DNA from: an uncultured Prevotella sp.
GTDB taxonomy: Bacteria; Bacteroidota; Bacteroidia; Bacteroidales; Bacteroidaceae
Reading direction: 5' to 3'
NCBI GenBank assembly: GCA_900318395.1
Contig: ONKL01000003.1
Span: forward strand, 7,242 to 71,241
Length of the DNA stretch: 64,000 nucleotides
The notes under the pieces were generated by a model. The model made no database searches. It saw nothing but the letters and a program-made list of their open reading frames with translations, and had not been told where the DNA came from. Below, piece by piece: positions 37,003-47,487 of this stretch (the first letter of the stretch is position 1; every line of letters begins with the position of its first letter). A program made the translations under genes and the position numbers.

Positions 37003-38477
37003 TTGCCCCTCCTTTCTGTCATGCGTTGTATGTACTTGGCATAGGGGGAATCGGCCACACGCCCCTGCATCTGGATGCATCGCATCACATCCTGATAGCC
37101 CAAAGGCATCTGGCGATAGCCACCATACTGCTGAGCCATTCCCAGATACTGCTGGAAGGCCTGCATATTACCCTTCAGGAGCAGCTGCCCCAAGAAGTAG
37201 TCGAGTGCCATCTTATTCTCCGTATTATTCATGAAGAGCAAGCCAAACATCTTATCAATCTCCTCATAGTTATAAAGGAAATTCTCCTTATATCGCAACT
37301 GGCGCAGGCGTCCATAGACTGGATGCGCATTCAACTTTGTCTCATCATTCATCATCGCCTCGACCTCTTCTGCCCAAGTGCGATAGAACAGGCTCTTCTT
37401 CAATAGATCCAGCTGCTTTGCTGCTGTCTGATGATGTCCGTTCACGATCATGCATTCCGCAATTCGCTTGGTACAGCGGCCACTCTTACGGCCATTCAAG
37501 ATCGACTCCTGCGTATCAAACATGTAACGCTGGGCAGAGTTCACCATGCCCAGGTGCCAGAACGCCTCAGCAGATGGGAGCATCGAAGTGAGGTCGCGCG
37601 TGCGGGGAATGATGAGTGCATCGTCGCCACTCTGGTAAAAATCGAACATACGATCAGCCAGTAACCGTTTCTGCGAAAGTGCCAGATTCACGCAGTTGCT
37701 CCAGAACGGCGTGCGAACCTGATATGCTCCTGCCCGCTTGACAATCTCATCCCATCGCTCATTCCTCACCAGATAGTCCTGGCGGATGAGTTCGTACATA
37801 TCCTGATCGTAACCACTCAGCTGAGGACTATGTAAAGGGACACGGTAATAGTTCAGCCCCATGAAGACCTGCTGGAGTGGCCACTGCGGGAGGCACCAGG
37901 CATAAGCCGCCAGTTGCACAGCCAACAGCCAGCCAGATGTCCACAGATGTTTCCACCCCAACTGCAGCACACGGATCACCACATAAATCCAGATGGCTGG
38001 TCCTATCAGCCAATAGGCCAGAGGAAGAATCAGCGCATCTGTCCACGACAACGACTTCTTCATCCTGAAGCAAGCCAGAGCCAAAGACAAAACGACCGCC
38101 ACCACAAACGACAACAAGACATTGATATCGCCCATCAGCCACCAGAGCAAAGCAACGGGCACCATGCTCATCAGCCACCACGACTTGGGGAGTAAACGAG
38201 CCGTCAACAGCTGCAGCGCTACAAAGAGCAGACTTAGCAACAGGGCACCCATCCATTCCACATAATAGAACTGTACGATGAACTCTCCAAGCCAATCAGC
38301 CAAACCGCCTGGCAAGCAAATACGCTCCAAGAAATAATCCCACGTCCAAAGGAATAATTGGTACTGCTCTTGATACGACAGCGCATGAGGATAGGCCACA
38401 TACCAAAACAAGAACATGCCGATGCCCACCAGCACCGAAAGACAAGCGTTGCAATATTTGGTCATCACCTTCTTCAT
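36999..38477 (-). CDS. DUF6057-like membrane/TPR protein (paralog 3)
   Basis: YQEQYQLFL, PGGLADWLGEFIVQFY, RIAEC, KKSLFYRTWA; start reset downstream of the promoter. Confidence 0.8.
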   Translation of the reverse strand: MKKVMTKYCNACLSVLVGIGMFLFWYVAYPHALSYQEQYQLFLWTWDYFLERICLPGGLADWLGEFIVQFYYVEWMGALLLSLLFVALQLLTARLLPKSWWLMSMVPVALLWWLMGDINVLLSFVVAVVLSLALACFRMKKSLSWTDALILPLAYWLIGPAIWIYVVIRVLQLGWKHLWTSGWLLAVQLAAYAWCLPQWPLQQVFMGLNYYRVPLHSPQLSGYDQDMYELIRQDYLVRNERWDEIVKRAGAYQVRTPFWSNCVNLALSQKRLLADRMFDFYQSGDDALIIPRTRDLTSMLPSAEAFWHLGMVNSAQRYMFDTQESILNGRKSGRCTKRIAECMIVNGHHQTAAKQLDLLKKSLFYRTWAEEVEAMMNDETKLNAHPVYGRLRQLRYKENFLYNYEEIDKMFGLLFMNNTENKMALDYFLGQLLLKGNMQAFQQYLGMAQQYGGYRQMPLGYQDVMRCIQMQGRVADSPYAKYIQRMTERRGK

Positions 38478-38485
38478 AAACGCTG

Positions 38486-38516
38486 CAAAATTACCATAAA
38501 ATTCTGAGTTTACAAA
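38486..38516 (-). promoter_or_regulatory. Bacteroidetes promoter for the DUF6057/TolB operon
   Basis: CAAAATTA 38486-38493 and CAAA 38513-38516, 19-nt spacer. Confidence 0.75.
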
Positions 38517-38540
38517 ATTTTCTAACCAAAAGCATAATGG

Positions 38541-38577
38541 AAACCGCCCCGCAACGACGAATTGGCTGCGAGGCGGT
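38541..38577 (-). terminator. GC-rich hairpin ending the susCD operon
   Basis: ACCGCCTCGCA...TGCGGGGCGGT with a short U-run on the minus strand. Confidence 0.6.
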
Positions 38578-38608
38578 GTTATAGAGAGGTTTTTTAAGTC
38601 AAGCAGGA

Positions 38609-40075
38609 TCACTTAGCCTTGAAGTGCCAGTAAGTAGCCTCGCCCCAGCTTCCATTAGTGCTGAAGTCACCTCCGTCAGGATAAACCAGACACATCTTGC
38701 TGCCTGTCAGGTAAACCATCTCGAATGAAGTTGGCATGTTACCACCTGAGTTAATCTCGTATGGGAACAGAATTGTACCAGCTGTCGTATTGAGGTTGGC
38801 AACCTTCCAGTCGTTGGCTACCGTCTGATCGATCTCGAATGATCCGCTGTTGATGACAGAGCCGTCACCAGCATGACGTGTAATCACGCCATCAGGTGTC
38901 AGAGTGAAGTAAGCATCCATGCTCTCATCACCATGAGCATTACCGTCGTTGGTGTGGTTCAGCTGTCCCATGAACTCTTCTTCGTTGGTGACACCCCACC
39001 ACTGACCATTGTGAGCAACGCCGACATCGATACCGTTACCGCCGCAGTAACCCATGTTACCCCATACGGTGTTCTCGCCATCGTAGTCCCAAGTCCAGTC
39101 CTTGCCATTGTCATAGCCATAGGCCATACCGAGTACGTCGCTATCACTGCAGAAGTGCCAGAATGTAGCCTCGCCCCAAGCACCCTGAGAACCACCGTCA
39201 GGATAAACCAGCGTCAACTTATCAGAGGTGAGGTAAGCAATTTCGTATGTTCCAGGAATATTACCGCCAGAATTGATCTCATAAGGCCACAGAATAGCAT
39301 TGGTCACGAGGTCACCAATTTTCATCTCACCGCTAGGATTGTAGTCTTTAACCTCGTATGTGCCTGAGCGAATGACACTTCCAGTAGCATCGTATGCATT
39401 GATCAGACCATCCTCGGTAAATACCATGTAGGCATTGAGATCACCATCACCATGATTGGTACCATCTTCTGTGTGCTGCAACTGTCCGTTGAATTCGTCA
39501 GTAGTAGTAACACCCCACCACTGACCATTTCCAGAAGTTCCTACAGATGCGCCATCGCCTGGCTGATAACCCATGTTACCCCAAACTGCGCCAGTGATAG
39601 AGGGGTCCCACTTCCAAGTCTTCTTACCGTAATCATTAGAAGCAAGGAGACGAATCTCGGGCTTCAACTCAGAAGCAACCTGTACGGTGAAATCCACTGA
39701 AGCTACAGTCTCTTCACCCTTGGCGTTCTGATAACGGAAATAAACAGTCTGAACAGGATCAGAACCACGGGCGGGAACGAAGTTGAACACACCTGCTGCT
39801 GAACCACTGGCAAGTTTGAATTCCGAGCCATCAGCCTTCAGATAATAGATATAGACACTCGATGCCTTGGGTACACTATACTTGATCCAGTTACCGTCGG
39901 ACTGTGGAGTAGTGCAGGCTTGATCGGCATACTGTGAGAACTGTGCGCCATCAAGCAAGCTGCTAGCGGTAAAGCTGTCAATGGCCATACTGCCTTCTTC
40001 CTTGATAGGATCACAGGCCGTCAGCATGCCAAGCGCTACTGCAAACAATAATATTGATTTTTTCATAACTTTCAT
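38609..40075 (-). CDS. SusE-position surface lipoprotein with tandemly duplicated Trp-rich domain
   Basis: Lipobox LTAC; VWGNMGY...NGQWWGVT...PYEINSGGN...WGEAT.WHF occurs twice. Confidence 0.8.
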   Translation of the reverse strand: MKVMKKSILLFAVALGMLTACDPIKEEGSMAIDSFTASSLLDGAQFSQYADQACTTPQSDGNWIKYSVPKASSVYIYYLKADGSEFKLASGSAAGVFNFVPARGSDPVQTVYFRYQNAKGEETVASVDFTVQVASELKPEIRLLASNDYGKKTWKWDPSITGAVWGNMGYQPGDGASVGTSGNGQWWGVTTTDEFNGQLQHTEDGTNHGDGDLNAYMVFTEDGLINAYDATGSVIRSGTYEVKDYNPSGEMKIGDLVTNAILWPYEINSGGNIPGTYEIAYLTSDKLTLVYPDGGSQGAWGEATFWHFCSDSDVLGMAYGYDNGKDWTWDYDGENTVWGNMGYCGGNGIDVGVAHNGQWWGVTNEEEFMGQLNHTNDGNAHGDESMDAYFTLTPDGVITRHAGDGSVINSGSFEIDQTVANDWKVANLNTTAGTILFPYEINSGGNMPTSFEMVYLTGSKMCLVYPDGGDFSTNGSWGEATYWHFKAK

Positions 40076-40102
40076 TTTTTCATTGTTACATTCTTACATT
40101 CT

Positions 40103-41959
40103 TTAGTTGTAGACAGGAGTACCAGACATGCTCCAGCCTGTGCCGTCGTACCAACCCTTGTTCTGACTGAGAACTGCAGGATCGTTAATCAGACTGATCT
40201 GCTGTGGAGGCTTCGGGAGGAATCCGTCAGTATCAGCATAACGCTGAGCCCAACTGCTACCGCCTACACCTTGTCCGTGATGCATCTGCGTCCAGCTACC
40301 TGTGTAGTTTACACGAGAGCCATCCTGCTTCTGCAGAGCCAATGCAGCCTCACAAGAGCTTCCGCCATCCTTACCTGAATAGCGACGCAGGTCGTTGAAA
40401 CGGATACCCTCACCAGCAAGCTCCCAGCGGCGCTCGTTCTTGATGTTCTGCCAAGAATAGGTCGTTGGTTCCAGACCTGCACGTGCACGTACCTTATTCA
40501 TCTGATCGGCAGTACCCGTCAACTCAGAGTGCATCAGCATCACGTCAGCCAGACGGAGCAGAACGATATCTGAGAAGTGGTCACCCTGGAACGAGTTACC
40601 GTTTGTATTAGGAGATGTGGTGTTCTTGGTACGATAAACGCCCCACCATGTATAAGCGGTGTTGTGGTCATCCCAAGAAGACTCAGGACATGTGATAGAC
40701 ATCCACTTCTTGTTGTAATAGCCAGCATCCTCAGAGCAAGATGTTGTGAACACGAACTTCTCGCACTCTGCCTGTGCATCGAGGATTGTTGCCTTCTTAC
40801 GTGGGTCAGCATCGCTCCAGTCATCCCAAAGGGTGGCGTTGATAGTACCCTGGCCCCAGCCCTGTCCGAATGGCAGTGTGTTAAGGTCACCATTAGCTGT
40901 ACCAGCACCGTCGTCATCACAACGCAGACCGCAATAGAGCTCTACCTGGTTTACGAATCCCATTCCGATGGTACCGTTCCAAGAACCAGAGTTCATATAC
41001 TGTACCTGGAACATCTCCTCAGAGTTACCGTTGCCAGCCCAGAACTTGCCTGCATCAGCCAGATCCTTCACGAAAGGATAGCCAGCAGCTGTCAGTTCAT
41101 TAGTATACTGCCAAAGCTGACGATAATCCTCAACGAGGCTATAGCCACCGTTGTTGATGGCATCCTCAAGGAAGCCAATGACCTGAGACTTGCTCAGAGA
41201 AGTGCCTGCACCCTCCTGCTCGAAGTCGAAAGCAACATCAGGAAGAGAAGCCGATGCCAGTTCGCCAGCCTTCTTATAGAAGCCCTCGTAGAACATATAG
41301 GCACGAGCCAGCATACCCTCGGCTGCACCCTTGGTGGCATGACCGTCGCCACGAGTCGTAGCGCCATGAGACATCAGATTGGCAGCACTGGTGAAGTCAG
41401 CAAGAATGTGTGGGAAAATAACATCTTCTGCACTTACCTGAGGACATGGATCGGGAGCTGCAGCTGCCCAGTAGGCAGGAATGTCGCCCCAGAACTGAAC
41501 ACCCCAGAGATAGAACAAACCACGCATGAAGTAAGCCTCACCCAGCATCTGATTGCGGGCAGTCTCCTTACCAGTCCAGTCGAATGCATCAACAGCATAG
41601 ATCACTGCGCTGGCACGAGCAATACCTACGTAGGTGTTCTTCCAAGCGTTATCATAAAGTGACTCCTTGTTAGTCATCAAGTGGCCGACAGCATGTGCCT
41701 CAACGTCACCAGTACCACCAGCACCGTTGGCATCATCTGACATAATATAGTTCACGAACCAGGGTGTCTCCAGCGGATTTGTACTCATCTGATTCATCAC
41801 GCCATACAAGGCAGCCAGCTCCTTGTTCAGGTCGTTAGCCGAAGCAGGATAGTTGCTCGTATTGGCTTCTGTATAGTTTTGGGAATCGAGGAAGTCCTCA
41901 CAAGAAGTAAGCCCTACGGTGAAGAGAGCCGCGATTGCCATTAAATATATCTTTTTCAT
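40103..41959 (-). CDS. susD: SusD/RagB family lipoprotein
   Basis: Lipobox LTSC; GEAYFMRGLFY, RLADVMLM..E, ERRWELAGEG.RF.DLRR. Confidence 0.93.
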   Translation of the reverse strand: MKKIYLMAIAALFTVGLTSCEDFLDSQNYTEANTSNYPASANDLNKELAALYGVMNQMSTNPLETPWFVNYIMSDDANGAGGTGDVEAHAVGHLMTNKESLYDNAWKNTYVGIARASAVIYAVDAFDWTGKETARNQMLGEAYFMRGLFYLWGVQFWGDIPAYWAAAAPDPCPQVSAEDVIFPHILADFTSAANLMSHGATTRGDGHATKGAAEGMLARAYMFYEGFYKKAGELASASLPDVAFDFEQEGAGTSLSKSQVIGFLEDAINNGGYSLVEDYRQLWQYTNELTAAGYPFVKDLADAGKFWAGNGNSEEMFQVQYMNSGSWNGTIGMGFVNQVELYCGLRCDDDGAGTANGDLNTLPFGQGWGQGTINATLWDDWSDADPRKKATILDAQAECEKFVFTTSCSEDAGYYNKKWMSITCPESSWDDHNTAYTWWGVYRTKNTTSPNTNGNSFQGDHFSDIVLLRLADVMLMHSELTGTADQMNKVRARAGLEPTTYSWQNIKNERRWELAGEGIRFNDLRRYSGKDGGSSCEAALALQKQDGSRVNYTGSWTQMHHGQGVGGSSWAQRYADTDGFLPKPPQQISLINDPAVLSQNKGWYDGTGWSMSGTPVYN

Positions 41960-41983
41960 ATTCCTATATTCCTTATTATATTA

Positions 41984-44900
41984 TTAGAACTTAATGCTAG
42001 CACCTACGATGAAGGTACGGGCTTGTGGATACAGACCAACGTCGATTCCGCGTGCCCAAGCGTCCTTACCACCAGAAGAACCGATTTCAGGATCTACACC
42101 AGAGTACTTGGTGAAGGTGTAGAGGTTCTGAGCCTGTACATAGAGACGCAGCAGAGAGAATGGGCCGCTCTTCCAGATTCTGGAGAAGTCGTAACCCAGT
42201 GTAATGTTCTGAATACGGAAGTAGTCAGCATCCTCCATATAAAGGGTAGATACCCACTGATCATTGGTAGTACCTACAGCCAGACGAGGACGTGTGTTGC
42301 TTGTGCCCTCACCGTGCCAACGATCAAACACATTGATAGCATAGTTGTTGAAAGGATTAGCCAACAGAGCTGTACGATAGCACTGCATTACCTGCATGCC
42401 GAAAGCACCAGAACCTGTTACGCCGAAGTCAATACCCTTCCACTCGAAACCGAGACTTGCACCAAGTGTTACCTTCGGATGAGGATTACCAATCTCATGA
42501 CGGTCCTCAGAGAGAGAGATCATACCATCGTTGTTATAGTCGTCCCAAATCAGGTCACCAGGCTGTGCACCAGCGAGAACGGCCTTACCACTTGCGATAG
42601 CCTGATCGATCTGAGCCTGAGTCTGCCATACACCACTGTAAGACATTCCTGAGAAGTAACCGATAGGATGGCCTACCTCAACGCGAGAAACCCAAGAAGA
42701 GTTCTCGAAGAGTGCCTTGTCCTGACCATCGATATATCCAGTGTTGTTAGCCAGACGAGTTACCTCATTCTTATTAGTTGCCACATTGACATTAGCATGG
42801 TAGTTGAAGTCGCTGCCGATCTGGTCGCGCCAAGAGAGAGCCACCTCGACACCAGTGTTCTTCACGTCACCGGCATTCACATAAGCAGGCTCCTCATAAC
42901 CGAGTACCACATTCATCGGGGCCTGAACCAGCCAGTCCTTTGTGGTCTTCTTATACCAGTCGAAGTTCAAGCCGAGGCGTCCATTGAAGAAGCGGGCATC
43001 GATACCGATGTTCAGCTGCTCAGAAGTCTCCCAAGTCACGTCAGGATTAGGAACGTTCTTTGCGTATGCACCAGTGGTATAGGTGTTGTCAGTAACTGTC
43101 TGAACCATGTCGCTCGAGAACTTGTATCCATAATCGGGATAGCCGCTAGGCGAGAAGCCGATGTTAGAGAGATAGTAGAAGTTACCGATATTACAGTTAC
43201 CATTCTGACCCCAAGAAGCACGGAGCTTCAGGAAGCTCAGCCAAGAAGCTGTAGACTGCATGAACTTCTCGTTAGAGATATTCCAACCAGCAGATACAGA
43301 GGGGAAGTAACCCCAACGCTTACCACGTGCGAAGTTGTTAGAACCATCAGCACGGATAATGGCTGTTACCATATACTTCTCATCATAGTTCCAGTTAGCA
43401 CGACCGAAGAATGAAGCGATAGTGCCCTGACTCGGTGTGTCGTAACCACCAGATGCTGAATGGAACGCATAGTCATAGTTAGCAATCGTGTTATAGTTCC
43501 AGCCCTTCAGTACGAGTGAATTCAAGTTCTCCTCTGTAACGGTTGCACTGACGTTAAGACCTGTAGACCAGTCACTACGCTCAACAGACTGACCAACGAG
43601 TACATCGATGGTATGCTTGCCCAACTGTGGCAGAACATAAGCCAGAGTGTTCTCGATGGTGAAGCTTGAACTCTGCCAGTCGCTCTGGTTTACTGTATAG
43701 TTTGCACTTGCACTGGTGAAGCTTGAGCTGAAGGGATAACCCACATTACGAGAGTTACCAGCACTATAGCCTGTATTGAACTGTCCGCGATACTTCAGGT
43801 TCTTGATAGGCTCAACAATCCAGTAGAATGTTGCACCTACACCGAAGTCACGGTTCTTATTCAGTGAATTGAAACCACCATTGAGGAAGTGGTTCAATGG
43901 GTTGCCGTAAATCATCGTGCTATAACCAGCACCATTGTCCTTGTAAGAAGCCAAGTTGCCGTTAGCATCATAAGGCTCTACCAGCGGAGAAGCGATGTAG
44001 GCTGCCTGCATAATGTTCCAGTAGCCATTGCTTTCTGCCAGATCGTGACTCTTGTGATACCAGTAGCTCACGTTCTCACCGAGGGTCAACAGGTCATGCT
44101 CCTCACCGATAAGGTCCTTACCTCTCAGCACGACATGATCAGAATTGATACGACCGCCATAACGATTGTATGATGAAGCGTTCTCGCCACCCATGATACC
44201 CTCGTTAGAGCTGTAGTTCAGTGACATAGAGAACTTAGAGCGATCGGTACCGCCATTCACTGTTACAGCGTGGCTGAACTGCAGGGCGTTCTTGTTCTCA
44301 TAAGCCTTGAACCAGTCGGTGCCTTCCCAACCCTGATTAACGCGATCCAGAATGTTCTGAGGAACCAAAGTACCCCACTGAGGAACAGCGCCATAGGTAT
44401 TGAAGTAAGTCTCGTTAATCACCTGCATATACTGCTGTGCATTCAGCATGGAGGGCACCTTGTAGGCGTTAGACCAACCTACGAAACCATCATACTGAAT
44501 AGACATCTTGCCTTCCTTACCCTGCTTGGTTGTCACGAGGATCACACCGTTAGCAGCACGTGCACCGTAGATGGCAGCCGAAGCAGCATCCTTCAGCACG
44601 TCGATAGACTCGATGTCGTTAGGGTTCAGACCGTTCAGACCATCGTCAGCAGTACCAGCATTGATACCGTCGATGATCAACAATGGTGAAGAGTTACCAA
44701 TGGTACCGACACCACGGATGTTTACCTTGAAACCCTTACCTGGCTGAGAAGAACTCTGAGTGATGTTCACACCAGGAGTAGATGCCTGCATGGCAGTCAG
44801 GGCGTTAGTAGTGTTCAGCTTGGCGATATCCTCACCCTTTACCTGAACAGTAGCTCCGGTAACCAGCTTTTTCTTCTGGACACCGTAACCTACGACTACC

Positions 44901-45256
44901 ACTTCCTCGAGAACGGCGTTGTCGTCCTTCATCGTAATCTGGAAATTGTCCTGATTACCGACCTTGATTTCCTGAGTCTCGAAGCCGATGAACGAAATAA
45001 CAATCGTTGCACCAGGCTTCACATTGAGAGAAAAGTTACCATCGAAATCGGTAACCGTACCATTCGTGGTACCCTTTTCCACTACGCTGGCTCCGATAAC
45101 GGGACCCATAGCATCGACTACAGTACCTGTAATCTTCTTCGTTGCCTGCTGAACCTCCTGTGGAGCTCCTGCGGCGTTGGCATTTGACGAGTAACCTAAA
45201 CCCAAAAGGGCGAGGGCACCCATCAGCAGCGCTGTCTTTCTAAATTTTCGATTCAT
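41984..45256 (-). CDS. susC: SusC/RagA TonB-dependent transporter
   Basis: LEEVVVVGYG, NPNDIESIDVLKDAASAAIYGARAANGVILVTTK, WGYFPSVSAGW, terminal F. Confidence 0.96.
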   Translation of the reverse strand: MNRKFRKTALLMGALALLGLGYSSNANAAGAPQEVQQATKKITGTVVDAMGPVIGASVVEKGTTNGTVTDFDGNFSLNVKPGATIVISFIGFETQEIKVGNQDNFQITMKDDNAVLEEVVVVGYGVQKKKLVTGATVQVKGEDIAKLNTTNALTAMQASTPGVNITQSSSQPGKGFKVNIRGVGTIGNSSPLLIIDGINAGTADDGLNGLNPNDIESIDVLKDAASAAIYGARAANGVILVTTKQGKEGKMSIQYDGFVGWSNAYKVPSMLNAQQYMQVINETYFNTYGAVPQWGTLVPQNILDRVNQGWEGTDWFKAYENKNALQFSHAVTVNGGTDRSKFSMSLNYSSNEGIMGGENASSYNRYGGRINSDHVVLRGKDLIGEEHDLLTLGENVSYWYHKSHDLAESNGYWNIMQAAYIASPLVEPYDANGNLASYKDNGAGYSTMIYGNPLNHFLNGGFNSLNKNRDFGVGATFYWIVEPIKNLKYRGQFNTGYSAGNSRNVGYPFSSSFTSASANYTVNQSDWQSSSFTIENTLAYVLPQLGKHTIDVLVGQSVERSDWSTGLNVSATVTEENLNSLVLKGWNYNTIANYDYAFHSASGGYDTPSQGTIASFFGRANWNYDEKYMVTAIIRADGSNNFARGKRWGYFPSVSAGWNISNEKFMQSTASWLSFLKLRASWGQNGNCNIGNFYYLSNIGFSPSGYPDYGYKFSSDMVQTVTDNTYTTGAYAKNVPNPDVTWETSEQLNIGIDARFFNGRLGLNFDWYKKTTKDWLVQAPMNVVLGYEEPAYVNAGDVKNTGVEVALSWRDQIGSDFNYHANVNVATNKNEVTRLANNTGYIDGQDKALFENSSWVSRVEVGHPIGYFSGMSYSGVWQTQAQIDQAIASGKAVLAGAQPGDLIWDDYNNDGMISLSEDRHEIGNPHPKVTLGASLGFEWKGIDFGVTGSGAFGMQVMQCYRTALLANPFNNYAINVFDRWHGEGTSNTRPRLAVGTTNDQWVSTLYMEDADYFRIQNITLGYDFSRIWKSGPFSLLRLYVQAQNLYTFTKYSGVDPEIGSSGGKDAWARGIDVGLYPQARTFIVGASIKF

Positions 45257-45466
45257 ACTTAAGTATTTACTATAGATTAAATTTGGTTTGTATTTATCTA
45301 TCGATTGGGAAGTATAAAAACCTCTCCATGTCCACGTTCTTATTATATAAATAAGGTACGCGCGACTCTCTTGTTAGTTAAGATGAGTTGTTTTGGTTCA
45401 TACGACCTGGCTCTTTTAAAGTTTTATATATAGTTATAGTTATTTCCGTATACACTGAATCGTTTG

Positions 45467-45474
45467 CAAAGATA
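45467..45474 (-). promoter_or_regulatory. -7 promoter element for susC (about 200-nt leader)
   Basis: CAAAGATA. Confidence 0.65.
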
Positions 45475-45646
45475 AAACTTTTTTATGGAAAACAACTATT
45501 TTCTTTTGACAAATATTGATACTTTTTTGCTAAAAGTTGTTTTTTGCTCAAAAAAGTGCATAAAAAAGCAAAAAAATACTGCAATTTAGCCCACTAAGGA
45601 TAGCATTTATCTGTGGTTTTGTAAATAAATGTAAATATTACACTTT

Positions 45647-46309
45647 TTACCGAACAGAGAAAGATTTTGTGACTAGGCCAGAATATGTGTTAATGGATAT
45701 GCAAACAGAATCAGCAGCAATGCTATCAGTCAAAATACTGACATAGGCCTTCGTTGAGTAATACTCTGGCACCCGATTTTGATCGTGATGCAGAGTGATG
45801 TGATGGGTAGTGGTCTGATTGGGATTTGCGATGATGGTATCAGAGATGAAAGCTAATTGCTGAACAGCTGTTGTATCATCAGTCACCCCCGTCTTTAATT
45901 GAAGATATAGATTCAGGTATTTGCCTGACTTGCTGAGCCACATACTCTCAAACTTAACAGGATCAGTACGAAGTTCTTTTTTTAAGTCCGACAGCGTCTT
46001 GATGCGAGGACAAGGAACTTCACCAATTGAAACCAGTTCAGCTTTCTGGTTTTCCACCTTATTATAATATAACATACAGCGATAGAGGGTATCTGGCGTC
46101 TTGATCCATTTTCCAGCATAGGGCTCAGTCAAATCATACTCTTCCCCATCATCTGTGCTGAAAGAGACAATCTGACGACTGGCATTCACCCTGGCCTCCA
46201 CAAAATCGCCTCGCATCAAAGAGTACTTTCCTTCTCCTTTCTCATAAGCATCCGTAGTACAAGAAAAGGCGAACGCTGCTATAGCCAGGATATAAAACAA
46301 ACGCTTCAT
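45647..46309 (-). CDS. NigD-like lipoprotein
   Basis: Lipobox AFSC; TDDG, DPV...S.W...G.YLNL, L.HD.N. Confidence 0.7.
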   Translation of the reverse strand: MKRLFYILAIAAFAFSCTTDAYEKGEGKYSLMRGDFVEARVNASRQIVSFSTDDGEEYDLTEPYAGKWIKTPDTLYRCMLYYNKVENQKAELVSIGEVPCPRIKTLSDLKKELRTDPVKFESMWLSKSGKYLNLYLQLKTGVTDDTTAVQQLAFISDTIIANPNQTTTHHITLHHDQNRVPEYYSTKAYVSILTDSIAADSVCISINTYSGLVTKSFSVR

Positions 46310-47487
46310 AAGACAGCCAAATGGTTGATCAAAGGATTGGCATACATGGTCAACATCCGCTCACGAAGGAAGGGTATGTCTTTCCCTGGGAGGGTAATCT
46401 TTGCCAGTTGCTTTTGCAGGTAGTCTTCAAAGTGCTGTTTGTCTGCAGATGTATAATGATCTGTATAGTCTGCACTACCATTCAACTCATCAAGGGCGAT
46501 ATAATTACACGGATAAATCTGGTAGTTACGATGGATTTCCTTGTCCATCCGTTCACCTAATGCCTTAAAGAATTCGGTCCTTGGAAGATCGCCCAATTGG
46601 TCGATCCAGGTATTAATGGGGGCTGCAGGACGATAAACCACATGACCCTTATAACCGAAAATACCAATACGCATATTATCGAGATCATCCTGACGGCTCT
46701 TCTTGAAACCTGCCTGATCGCGCTTCTGCTGGAATTCCTGAGCCTTCAGATAATCACAAGGATCATATTCATAGCTGATGGTCAGTGGAACAATATTCAG
46801 ATCGCGCAACTTATCTACCAGTTTTGCTGCCGCCTCAGAACTTCCCATTGCCAGCATCTTCAATACAGCATCCTGGGTACGATCGTCAGAATCCTTAGCC
46901 CTACCCTCGCGCTGGGCAATCCAGATATTCTCCTTCTTTTCTGTGACAGCATAATGAATATAACGGCTCATCAACTGACTGGAACGCATGGTCTCCTTCG
47001 GTGTCAAACCACGACGCACCGTAAAGGCTTTGTTCATCCGAACCAGACGTTTAATCCAAGGATATATCAAGAGGTTATCACCAATTCCGATTTCAACAGT
47101 GGTAGGATATCCTGACTCTACCAGCATAACATCAAGAAAAGCAGAATCGAGAACAATGTCACGATGGTTACTAACAAATGTAAAGCGATCATCCGACTTT
47201 GAGATGACACTCGACAACATCTTGTCGTCAAAGGAGCATCCGTCAGTATGCCTCTGCATAATGAGTTTGACGACAGGCTTCATAAAACGTTTCTGGAAGC
47301 CAAGCGGTGTCCGTACCCCTAAAAAGGCCATACGCAACAAACCATTACGCAACGACTTGGGTAGCCAAGGCACAAACCCTTTCAACACCAAGGCGAACTG
47401 ACGGTCATCCAATAATTCATTGAATGCCTGCTGCATCTCCTCTGGCTCATACGGCCGGATCTCATCAAACTCTTGCGGTACTTTCAT
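46306..47487 (-). CDS. glycerol-phosphate/lysophospholipid acyltransferase family protein
   Basis: SNHRDIVLD (HxxxxD), WIAQREGRAKD. Confidence 0.88.
   Translation of the reverse strand: MKVPQEFDEIRPYEPEEMQQAFNELLDDRQFALVLKGFVPWLPKSLRNGLLRMAFLGVRTPLGFQKRFMKPVVKLIMQRHTDGCSFDDKMLSSVISKSDDRFTFVSNHRDIVLDSAFLDVMLVESGYPTTVEIGIGDNLLIYPWIKRLVRMNKAFTVRRGLTPKETMRSSQLMSRYIHYAVTEKKENIWIAQREGRAKDSDDRTQDAVLKMLAMGSSEAAAKLVDKLRDLNIVPLTISYEYDPCDYLKAQEFQQKRDQAGFKKSRQDDLDNMRIGIFGYKGHVVYRPAAPINTWIDQLGDLPRTEFFKALGERMDKEIHRNYQIYPCNYIALDELNGSADYTDHYTSADKQHFEDYLQKQLAKITLPGKDIPFLRERMLTMYANPLINHLAVL

Noticed and set aside
18181-44689. Long antisense ORFs (e.g. 18181-19491, 24623-25732, 33073-34050, 40577-41662)
   Set aside because: Shadows of real genes with biased codon usage; no motifs of their own.
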